A stretch of 62,767 bases of DNA, counting the filler, from Nemertoderma westbladi (Eukaryota; Animalia; Xenacoelomorpha), in NCBI GenBank assembly GCA_032718475.1. It is 3 parts of 3 records of this genome, joined end to end, with 100 filler letters (N's around TTAATTAATTAA, not from the genome) between each part and the next. Parts side by side here need not be neighbours in the genome. Positions count along the whole stretch, not along the records: positions 42,035 to 62,767 come from JAUCBJ010005098.1; 2 more parts are not named here. One strand, given 5' to 3'. Below, in pieces: positions 50,140-61,140 of the stretch (its first letter is position 1; each line of letters opens with the position of its first letter). The notes beneath the pieces are model-generated. The model did not search any database. It saw nothing but the letters and a program-made list of their open reading frames with translations, and was not told where the DNA came from. The translations under genes and the position numbers were made by a program.

Positions 50140-53100
50140 GAGAATTATCATTACACAAAAAATATTATTGATCTATCAGGTGATGTTCAATCTAACCCTG
50201 GACCATTTTCTATTTACCAGTTAAATGTTCGTAGTCTTCTACCAAGGATACCACCTAGCAACATCATATCAATGGAGAAAATTGACAGCATTTATCAAAC
50301 AGCATGTGATCTTGGTATTGATATCTTTTGCCTAAATGAAATATGGTTTAATAATTCATCCGAAAATAAAAATAAAGACAAGTTAAATAAATACATCTCC
50401 ATATAAATTCTATAGTAAGCCACGTAGTGATAACTACGGAGGTGTGGGGGTACTGATTAAGGAAAGTATCCCTCACAAACGGAGGACATCGTTCGAGAAT
50501 AGCACCATGGATGCTATTTTCATTGAAATCTACCATTGCAAGTTAAAATTTTTGGTTATTTCTGTTTATGTGCCATCAACGCCGCCATCATCGTGTTTTG
50601 GGGGAAACTGTCAGAGGTAATTGAAGATATAAGAAAATCAAATAATTACGATTGTATTGTCCTATCAGGCGATTTTAATAGTAACTGTTTATCTGGCGAT
50701 TCTCTACCAGTCCAGCAATTTGCTGCACAAACAGGATTTACACAATACATTCATGAAGTAACTTGTCCCATTAGCAACACCTGCTTAGACTTGGTGTTCT
50801 CTGACAAACCTGCACTAACTCTGGACTATGGCACCCACCCTCTCCTGCAGTATGAGGATGGAGGTTTCATTTCAGATCACAAACCTGTTTATATAACAAT
50901 TAATTGTGAAATTAAACCTCCACCGTTATACAGCAGATCCATATTTGATTTTGCTAAAGCAAATTGGGAAAGTTTTTCGTTATTTATTTCGGGTTACGAC
51001 TTTACTTCGGCTATAGACAGCAGAGATCCTAACGAAATAGCACAAAAATTAAATGATTGCCTTAAGGAGGGAATTAACAAGTTTATACCTAATAAAGTAG
51101 TAAAATCACGATCAACCGATCCTAAATGGATCACACTTTCTGCGTCAACTTTTTAGAAAACGTGAGAAATGCCATAAAGAAGCATTAAAAACGCAAGATG
51201 ATTGAATGGAGTGGAACGAATATTGCAGACTTAGAAATCATGTTATTCAACAAGTGCGGATTTCAAAAAATGCATACAATCGTAAAATGTATGATAAGTT
51301 AAGTACTAGTGGTCAAATGACACAAAAAGAATGGTATTCTTTCTCAAAGAATACCCTTGGGAAAACAAAAGTTACTAATATACCATTCCTAATTGAAAAC
51401 AATACATGTCTTGTTGAGGCTAGTGCAAAAGCTGAACTCTTAAATAACTTCTTTATTGATCAAACAAAACTGCCATCTCCATTGAACCCTCTGCCTATAC
51501 TGGACTATGAAAATGAAAATATTACCATCTTAGAAAATATAACAATTAGTGAGGATGACGTTCTGGAATCACTAACTAGTTTGTCATCCGATAAAGCGTC
51601 TGGTACAGACGGCATTGGCCCCAAGGTAATCAAAGCTATATAGTACAAGTATATCCTCATTGCTAACAGTGTTATTTAATATCTCATTACTAACATCAAC
51701 ATTTCCCTCCCTTTGGAAATACTCTAACGTAAGCCCAGTCTTTAAGAAGAACGAAACATACTATTGCTCCAACTATCGGCCAATTTCATTGCTCTGCATT
51801 TTATCCAAGGTATTTGAAACTGTCGTTCGTAAACATCTCTGGGAATTTCTACGTAATAAACTTTCTGAACATCAGTCTGGTTTTATATCTGGAGATGGTT
51901 GTGTGTACCGTTTACTACAACTTTACGATGACTGGTGCCGTGCATGGGACGACGGCGATGTGTCACAGATTATTTTCTGTGATATATCGAAAGCGTTTGA
52001 CCGTGTATGGCATCAAGGCCTATTGCACAAGCTAGAACGAATTGGGATTCGTGGGAGGTTGCTAGGTTGGTTTGCAAGTTACCTGTCGGGACGTTACCAG
52101 CGGGTTGTACTCGATGGCGTTGCATCTGTATATATGCTTATTTTAGCAGGTGTGCCGCAAGGCAGAATCTTGGGTCCGCTGCTATTCCTTATTTATATAT
52201 TTATATCGATGAATTAATCGATGTATTGAAATGCACGGCATCACTTTTTGCAGATGATACGTCATTGTACACTCGATTACAGCATCCTTCAGTTAGGGCC
52301 CATTTTATAAACACAGACCTTTGTTCACTTCATGAGTGGGCACTTAAATGGCTTGTTACAATTAACCCATCCAAAACAGTAGTAATGACAATGGCTGGTA
52401 GTATCCCATACCAGATTTTGCCAGTCTATTACAATAATACTGCCCTACCTATGGTAGAGTCTCACAAACATTTAGGTGTCACCTTCTCATCCACTTTTAA
52501 CTTTACAGATCACATTCATACGATTATCAGTTGTCAATGTCAGTTGTGGCATTAAAGAAATCGAAATATCTCATCCCAAAAAAATCGATTATACAAATAT
52601 ACAAATGATTCATTAGACCAACACTAGAATACGCCAGCCCTGTCTGGTCCGGTATCTCTGACAAAATTTCAGAATTGCTGGACCAGATTGAGTTGGATAT
52701 TTTGAGAACGGCCACTGGGGCACCACGTGGTACATCTCATTATAAATTGTATGACGAGTGTGGCATACAAAAATTATCAGATCGTAGAAATGCCAACTGC
52801 CTATTATATTTCTACAAGATTGTGAATGGCCTTGCCCCTGGCTACCTGTCACGACTGCTGCCACCATCAGTTGGCGAGGCCAGTCAATACAGATACCCAT
52901 TGCGCAATGCGATTGACATCTCGTTGATACCGACGCGGAAAGAACTATACAATAAATCATTTTTTCCCGCGACGATCAGAAAGTGGAACTCCCTACCAAT
53001 CGCAATACGCCAACTCCCGACCACACTGTTTCGATCTAGGTTATTTTCTTCACCTACTATAAATCCATATACGCACCTCGGGTCTAGAATTATACAGGTA

Positions 53101-53385
53101 CGCCTATGCCAAATGCGGTTTGGATGTAGTAACTTAGGTGCTGACATGGTAAGATCAGTGAGAATCAGTGAATCTCCAGCTTGCGGCGGCTGTGGCGTAA
53201 CTGAGGACGCCCAGCACTACCTTCTTCACTGCCCTTCCTATTCCACCCATCGGCAAAAACTATTTGATGAGCTACAATCAGCTGGAATAACCACAAACAT
53301 CGAAGCTTTTCTACAGGGCCGTGGTGTACCACTTTCAAAACAACACTTTGGACAGTTCATCTCAGGCACTGGTAGATTCAACTAA
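50140..53385 (+). pseudogene. LINE ORF2 (2A-like peptide, APE, RT, C-terminal Zn-finger), disrupted
   Basis: LSGDVQSNPGP; NVRSL, CLNEIW, GGVGVLI, GDFN, LDLVF, SDH (APE); NYRPISLL, QSGF, DISKAFDRVWH, GVPQG.ILGPLLF, FADD, HLG (RT); CGGCGVTEDAQHYLLHC. Several frameshifts and stops. Confidence 0.93.
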
Positions 53386-53936
53386 ATTTTTTTTTATTGG
53401 AAATATAATAATTTCAAAAGTATTCTTGAAATATACTTATAGAGTGGAAGGTCTCATGAACGTCTAAACTGAAGAGATTAATTTGCGATTTATAGCATTT
53501 TATATAACTTTTCTAACCCTAGCAGGGATGCATTAGTACCTCAATCTTAGTTAACTGTTAAGTAATATTAATATGTAATGTTAGTATTGTCGTTTACCAA
53601 TCTATATTAATTAATTAGACATTTACCGGTTTGTAACATTGCAAATTGCAATATGAGAACGTTAATATTTTTATATATTACCCAGCAACTGGATAGGCGT
53701 ACGTATTCCTATACACTATAATCAATATTGTAAATTTAATTAATATGCCTGCTAAGTTGTTCTAATATACGCACTACCTGTTTAAAAAAAAAAAAAAAGT
53801 GCAAGTAGTAAAAAAAAAAACAGCCAAGACTTGGTCAGATATTTTAATAAGTGCCACCATCGGATTCAGCGACCTAAAAAACCCCACAAGAATTATAATT
53901 GGTGTAATAAGACAAATCTGTGTGATTTCATCCTTC

Positions 53937-54070
53937 ATTTCATCCTTCAACGATCTTATCAACAATTTTGTCGGACCAATCTTCTGGATGATGGCGAGTA
54001 GCGAATCCTATGGCAACTGCGGAAATCGCGGTGCATTGAAGGCCCCTTCGATCGGAGAATCGCACATCTC
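53937..54070 (-). pseudogene. Helitron2/Helentron-type gene, exon 2 (catalytic Cys of peptidase C76-like domain), 3'-truncated
   Basis: Acceptor TTTATTCAG| before 54070; (G)DVRFSDRRGLQCTAISAVAIGFATRHHPEDWSDKIVDKIVEG*. Confidence 0.8.
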
Positions 54071-54768
54071 CTGAATAAAGTAATTTTTTTATTTTTCAAA
54101 ATATCAATAATGTAACGATTACGGGACGCTTGCCCATATAGAGCAGCGTACAACAACCTACATCATAGGACACCATGAGCTTTAGTACTTATAAGGCTTC
54201 AATTCTATACTTAAATATCGGTAGTTTAAAATTTAGTGGATGAATTAACTATTTAAGTGGTGACAAGAAAAGTAGAGTTTTTTTGTCGAGCGTAGCGACA
54301 AAAATATGAAAGCAAGTCAAAAAATGTTATTTTTTTCCACCACTTGGTCGTTTCATTTTTATCTGGGCCTATTTCAGCATAAATATCGACCATCGAAGCT
54401 TCTTTTATAGTGATATACCGTCAAAGCAAAATAGGAACATAGGCCCTTCTATGATATTATAATATTACAGAATATTAAATAACCCGTCAGCGCTATCTAT
54501 TTAAATGCAATATTGTTTATATTGTCATAGAAATTACTTCGAACATTAATTTTTTTGTCAAACTTTTAAAGAATTTTACCAAAAAAATGATTTCAACAAA
54601 TAAAATTGTTTGTGGTTTTGCAGTAATATCCTTTGTAATTATGGCCTACTGTAATATCTGGTGGTGTTGCCACACCACGAGCCCGGCTGGTTTAACCTAT
54701 GTAAATAAATAAGACTTGAGAATTACATTACAGTATATTACTCAATAGGGCACGATAAATTACATTAC

Positions 54769-54997
54769 CTTGGTGAAAGTTTCCAGATATTCTCGAGGTA
54801 AATTTGTTCCTGGATCTTCCCCGTCGAAGTTTCTTCCCAAGACTAGTAATTGCTTTACTAGTAGTAATTGGAGAAGATGGAGATCTCTGACAATTTGCTC
54901 TACTTTCAGCGCTTGGCGTTGGGTGAAAATCCGTTCCATATTCAGCTCTTCTGGCAGTGATTGCAAAATTACAATTGCGCTTTCTCTTCCGTGGCAT
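54769..54997 (-). pseudogene. Helitron2/Helentron-type gene, exon 1
   Basis: ATG at 54997, MPRKRKR (NLS-like)...ISGNFHQ-G|GTAATG; a phase-1 GT-AG intron (54768-54071) joins in frame to exon 2, giving GNFHQGDVRF..GLQC. Confidence 0.78.
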
Positions 54998-55128
54998 CTT
55001 TGTCACAACATTTAATAAAATCGTGAGTAAAAAATCGACGTATATTAATAGTTAAATAAATTGGAGTTGAGCTGTTGCAACTGTTATTAAAGGTGTAGGC
55101 CTAATATTATGGTTTTGTTCAGAAGTGG

Positions 55129-55232
55129 AAAATATGAGAAAGCGCGTCACCGGGGGTTGAACCAGCGCTATACGAACGTTTCGGCCTAACAGGCCTCATC
55201 AGTAGCACTAACCAGCTCAGCCACTAGACCCT
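55129..55232 (-). ncRNA. Minimal type I hammerhead ribozyme (55163-55210) inside a tRNA-like Pol III unit
   Basis: Minus strand TAGTGCTA-CTGATGA-GGCCT-GTT-AGGCC-GAAA-C-GTTC-G-TA-TAGCGCTG: 8-bp stem I, intact core, 5-bp stem II, minimal stem III, GUA cleavage triplet. A box TGGCTGAGCTGG (55223-55212), B box GGTTCAACCCC (55163-55153), TTTT (55132-55129). Confidence 0.85.
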
Positions 55233-56161
55233 GACACTCACACTCCCACTTAATCCACTTCTATAGTCTTAAGTTGCATATATTATATCTATATTCTCGC
55301 TGCACAGGATGCTACAGGACAATCTTAAAGCTGGCAATAAGTGAGAAAAATTGTTGAATAACTAACTTTGAGTTTTAGATTGTGAATATTTTTGGCACAT
55401 AGCAGTTTTGTAATACTTATTTTTTGCTAATTAATTATTATTGTTATTCCGTCAATATTTTTCTGTTTGTAAGAGACATATTATACAATAAATACAGTAG
55501 TCCTCCATAATAATTAATATACATATTCCGTTATTTCATAAAATTTTGAGTAAAAATCGAAGTATATTAAATTATTAACTTAAACAGTATAACACAGATT
55601 GTAGGCCTAATATATATATATAACAAGCAGGTAGGGATTTTATTGATACAGTACATCACACTGCAAATATTAGTTCAATATAATATAAGTTCAATATATC
55701 TGACTGGTCCTCAACTCAGTCTCAGCAGGATGTTGACACCAATCCCAATCACTCTGGAATGTTCAATAGAGTAAGAGATCTAGTAGTTTGCAGAAGGTGA
55801 AGTCATCTGAGTCTATGCTTAACCTATTATTGGAACTAAATTATATCAGAGAGGTGTCGATAGATTACTAATAACAGCTGTTGTCATAAATTCAATATAA
55901 TCGCGCCCAAGAAGTAATACGACGAATTCGTTCTTATTCTTGTAAATAAAACAAGTTGAGATGTTTATGTTTCAATTTAAACGGCGATTTAATTAAATAC
56001 AACATTTTTATATTATTATAGTAGCATACGACATTTCAGTACACTTAGTAAGCCTACCCGATAGTCAACAGAAGTACAACTCTGTCTAACTAAAATTCAT
56101 TCAGCTGGCGTGCCGGTGAGTAACCTTGTAGATATTCCCATGTAGGATTTACTGGGAAGAG

Positions 56162-57458
56162 GGTGTTCGGACACTTCCCCCCGGACACTTCCCCCCCGGA
56201 CACTCCCCCCCCCCCCCAGACAGTTCCCACCCGCTCAAGTAGGACACTTCCGCCCCGGAAACTTCCCCCCCAGACACTCCCCCCCCCCCCCCCCCCCCCC
56301 CCGCGGATACTTCCCCCCCCCCCCCGACTGTTCTTAACTTCGCACATTCGTATTTTTCATTTAGTAAGGTAAACGGAACGCTTGTATCCAGATAAGTTGT
56401 ATCCAATTTTCCTTTTGTAGCTCAGAAAGTGATCTTTTGCATCCCGATTTTAAATTTTATATCCAAGTTTTATTTATGGGTTTTATCAATGCAATTACAT
56501 CGTATTGTTTGCTAATCTTTAAACAATTAATTATATTAGATGACCTATAAATTCCATCCCCGGAATGATATACTGTTTTTATTAACTATAGAATTATAAT
56601 AATTAATTGTTTTAATTATAGGTATTATATGTAATAGTATTCTTCAAATTGTAGCAGATGGGGATGAATATTATTGTTGCAATCAAAACTATACCTCTCC
56701 AGGGTAAAATCGACATGCGTCGACCTGTATTCTGTGTTCAGCATTACATATTGATATATATATTACTACTATACATACTATATAGATATTATACACACTA
56801 CATATTAAATTTCCTGGTTACTTGCAATATTTTTAATAGGATTTTGTTGAATTATATAATATTGTAGTAATTTATATATTAAATTGGTTAACATTCAATA
56901 CAGCTCCTACTTTAGGCTTAGTCAATTTATTATCTGATGATACAAACATGAATTAATTATTTCAAAGTGGTCTTAAGTCTTTCACCACGGGCACTCAGGG
57001 AAATGCCGGGGTCTGGGGGCGATAACCCCCAAGAAAAGAAGCGGGGTTTGGGGGCGGCAGCCCCCAAGAAAAGAAGCGGGGGTTTGGGGGCGGTAGCCCC
57101 CAACAAAAGAAGCGGTGGTTTGGGGGCGGCAGCCCCCAATTAAAATAAATTATAAGAATTAAAGGAATTAAAAGAAAAACAAACAAAATTTGACTATAAA
57201 AATGTTTCTTTTATAATTTTGAAAAACTTGTCTAGATACAACTTGTCCTGTAACCATCTTTAACTTTTGTTTATTGCTTTGATGCACCCAGATTAATTTT
57301 AACACTTTAACTGGGGGGGAAGTGTCCGGGGGGGGCAAGTGTCCGGGGGGGAAGTGTCCGGGAGGGAAGTGTCCTACTTGGGCGGGGGGAAGTGTCCGGG
57401 GGGGAAGTGTCCTACTTGGGCGGGGGGGAAGTGTCCGGGGGGGAAGTGTCCTAGATCC
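56162..57458. mobile_element. Non-autonomous foldback-type DNA element with 8-bp TSD
   Basis: GGGAAGAG at 56154-56161 and 57459-57466; GG..CC termini; arrays of GGACACTTCCCCCC (56169-56325) and its reverse complement (57312-57451). MULE- or Merlin-like, superfamily unresolved. Confidence 0.8.
57008..57139. repeat. ~36-bp tandem repeat of a GC hairpin, 4 copies
   Basis: TTGGGGGCGGCAGCCCCCAA hairpins separated by GAAAAGAAGCGGGG. Confidence 0.85.
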
Positions 57459-58638
57459 GGGAAGAGCTATCAGCTGGGTAACAGTTGATATTTGCTTACT
57501 GTGTCTGGGATAGCGTGACCGAGTAAACACAACCTTACTAAACTTGGCAAGTAATATACTTCTCTGCAGTTTGGGGCTATTCAATATAGAATTAATTTAC
57601 TAGGCACTCTCTATCATTTCTTTTTCATGAGCACACCAGCTGGTGTTTCTATCATTGAGTCTACGGAAATTTTCGTGCAATGGGGCTATTTTTCGAAATA
57701 AAACAAGTTAAGATGTTTCAATTTAAACCGCGATTTCACAAGTACCCATATAAAAATCTATTTTCATGGTTCATGCAAAAATTCATCAAAATCGTTAGAG
57801 CCGTTTTTGCTCTAGGTCAGTAGCCAGTAGTCAGTAGTCAGTAGCCAGTAGCTTTTGTTTTTCTTACAGTAATCAAGTCTAATGACTTGCTAAATAGTGT
57901 TGTTGATAATTTGGTATAGGTTTTCTTGTCTGCATTGATGGAGCTACAACTTCTAAATTGATTTGTTACCTGTCACATTATGTTTACATTGATATGCCCA
58001 GTGTTTGTCTGTGGATACTGTAGTAGACTATAACTAATATATAACTATCATAGTAAGTAAGTATAACTAATATAATATGTTATCTTCTTCCTATCTTTTA
58101 AAATCTTTATATAAAAGGCATTTTCGTTCTTTACATTAACTCAATTTTATTACCATTGCATTCGCAATCACAGAAAACCTGTAAATCACAGGAATATAGA
58201 TCATACAATGAATTCAAAAAAAAAATTTTTGAAAATGTCGAGCAGTGAATGCACCAACTTTTGGTTCACGCACGAAAAATGGTAATTGCGTTTCTCCTAT
58301 GAACTTTATTTCTGCAAATTGAATTCGCGACCACAAAAATCCTATAAATCGAGGGTATATAGGTCAAATAATGATAATTTCGAAACAATCAATTTTGAAA
58401 ATTTCGTGTCGCACCCTATTTTGGCACCGGCACAAAAATACCTGTTAGTCCTCTGAACTAAAGATTAAATACATTTTACTCAACTCCACATGCAAAAATG
58501 CGATGTGAATAGGAATTGTATGGTTTTGGATCATCCAGTCCCTCCCGTTTAACTTTCACGCAGTTCCCAAGGTTACTGCCAATAAAGTTGTTAGTCGCTA
58601 AGTTAAGTTTAACATAATCACTGTTATTAGACACTCAG

Positions 58639-61140
58639 GTGTTCCGACCGGACGTCGGAGCCGCGACCACACGCGATGCGACGGGAGCAGCGAGCGTCGT
58701 CTCCTTTAACGTGACACCAACCGACACTCGGTTATCCGGGGTGTACGGGAGCGAGTCTGTTCATGACGGGGAGAGTGTGAGCATCCCCCGGCCTTCGGCG
58801 GCGGGGGAGGCTGGGTCCGGGTGCGTGGCGGAGGTACCGGGTACTTCAACTCCTCAGGACCGTGCGCAGCTCCGGGACAGCAACATGGTTAGAAGCCTTT
58901 TCTTGGAGGTCGGTGAAAGTACAGGGGGCGACGCCAATCCCGGAGTGGGCGAAGAGGGTGAACTTTCCCCTATACTGGCGGAAGGTTTTTCGGCGTCTAA
59001 CGCGAACGGGTTGCTCGAAACTCCCAAACGTGCTAATGATTTTCAGGGAATACGTAGGGGGTCTGGCATCCATGTACCGGAAGCCAGAGCTTTCCCGTTT
59101 TTGGCAACTTCCGGAACAGGAGACGTTGTCCATCGGGTTTTAAACTATATTCCATATACTGTACCTTTTAAGTATCGATATGTCGCGCGGGCGTGTAACC
59201 AGCCGGCCGTGGAAGCCTTTATCCGTGATCTGCACCGGGTGGCGGAGAAGGTAGAGAGTCGACCTCAAGGGGAACCCAACTTGGATCAGGGTCAGATAGC
59301 GGAGCTGAAGAGTCTGGGGCGCGACAGCTCTATCGAGATAGTTCGCGGCGACAAGACGGGTAACGTGGTCATGATCGATTCCGGAATGAAGGATAAGGAG
59401 ATCCGGCGAGCACTCGGGGATGAATCTACGTACTGCGAGTTACCTAGCGACCCTACAAATAAGTTCATTGCTCAACTTAAGCGCGTTTTGCGAGAATATC
59501 GTATCGGGAATCGGGAATTGCGTGAGTATCTAGTACCCAAGCGGCCTGCTATGGGGTACGTTTTTATCCTGTTTAAAGACCACAAGGATAGGTCGGAGTG
59601 GATCGATTGGGGGGAAGGGGTCAGCTTACCCAAAGCGCGGTTGATTATTTCGGCTACGGGAACTGTTTCGGAGAGGGCAGCGCAACTCCTAAATTCCATT
59701 CTCCAACCGTTGCTGGAACGCATGCCACATTTTGTCCCGGATTCATCTTCGGCAAAGAAGCAGCTACCAACGGCGTCGTATGAGGGAGTTACTTTTATGG
59801 CTCTTGACGTTGTCGACATGTATCCGTCGGTCGACCACGCTTTGGCGACCGACGCCATTTCCTCATCGATAAAGGAGAACCCGGATTTAGTGGATATTTC
59901 GGGTTATTCTTTGGAACAGATTAATTGTAATTACTCATACCTATTTTAAAGCTTGTGGTAAATTCTATTTATTAATTAAAGGGTTGGGTATGGGGGGTCC
60001 GGCAGGTAAGTCTATTGCAGTACTGACGGTCCATCGTATACACAAGCATGTTGGGTTAATTACCCTGTTTGGTGCTATTTATTTTAAAACGTTTGTTGAC
60101 GACAGGGAGGGGATTTTCAGTAAGGTTCTAACTGCGGCCGAGAAAACAAACATAATTCAGCGATACAACGCGGGCAGTAAGGTTATATTTGGGAGGGATT
60201 CCATACAGTTTACAGTAGATTTCTCGCATGAGAAGTCCACATTTTTGGATTTGGACCTTTTTGTTAGTGGTATAGGCAGTGGTATTATCACGGGGGTGCA
60301 CTTTAAACCCCTTTCCAATAAATTACCGATTCCATACAGTAGTTACCACGACAATAGAGTTCTGGAGGGTGTGGTTAAAGGCCAAGTGAAAAGGTTCTGG
60401 AGATTGACTGGGGGGGGGGGGTGACCAGTTCATTGTAGCGAGGGATAGATACCTGACAGACTGTTGGGCTATGGGCTACCCCGTGGGTCAGAGGGGTGAG
60501 CAGTTGGGAGAAGGCGGAGGGGGTAGTACAGTACACTGGGGTGGATTACCGAAGGGTATTTCTGGCGGTGAGTGGCCCAACGAGATCAGCTCTGAAGGGT
60601 GTGATAAAGAAATATGGGGGCACGCTGGAGAAGTGGGGGTTGAACGTGGGTATGACAGCGAAGCGCGGATATAAATTGGAGAACATGCTAGTGAGAAAGC
60701 CGACTAAACCAGAATGGAAAGGGAATAGACTGTGTGGGCGTCCCAGGTGTATGACCTGCCCCTGGATAGTGGATTGTGAGAGGACACCTTGTGGGGATAA
60801 GGTGTTGGGCGCGTTAGACTGTACCTCCTTCAACGTACTGTACTTCATTTCCTGTAAGGACCACCCGAGTGAGTTTTACATAGGACAGACGGAGCAGCGT
60901 ATAAGAGAGAGAATGAATACCCATAGGTCAGTAATTAATGGATTTAGGACGCAGGTGGCCCCCGAATACAGTGAACACGACGAAGTGTTGTTGTGTGAGC
61001 ATTTCAGGCAATGTGAGCTGTCCCAGCTGCGGGTGACAGTGTTTAGGGCATATAGGAGCGACAGCGATCGCATCCACGGCGAGGCTAATTACATACATAG
61101 GTGCGGACCAACTTTGAACAAGAGTAAGCCAACAATATAG
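58639..61140 (+). mobile_element. Penelope-like element (RT plus C-terminal GIY-YIG endonuclease), two frameshifts
   Basis: RGDKTGNVV, YCELPSDP, LFKDHK, ARLIIS, ALDVVDMYPSV, GLGMG, FVDD, FLDL, HFKP...SYH, CGRPRCMTC, NVLYFISC..FYIGQT..RIRER..H, CEHF, E..YI...LN. Breaks near 59920 and in the G-run at ~60410-60421; GC-rich tail to AATAAA at ~61629. Confidence 0.92.

Larger units (their letters stand above)
47866..53794 (+). mobile_element. Full-length, decayed CR1-group LINE (~5.9 kb) with poly(A) tail and 11-bp TSD
   Basis: AAAAGTGCAAG at 47855-47865 and 53795-53805; 5' UTR, ORF1, ~1.2-kb spacer, ORF2, 3' UTR, A-tail from 53784. Confidence 0.88.

Noticed and set aside
54728-55006. Kolobok transposase N-terminus (MPRKRKR start)
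   Set aside because: Opposite strand to the Kolobok fragment, and better explained as exon 1 of the C76-like protease gene through the in-frame HQG|D splice.
55700-57590. Possible ancient RTE-like C-terminal fragment on the minus strand around the foldback element
   Set aside because: Similarity is too faint and frameshifted to support without a search; it is not a channel exon.
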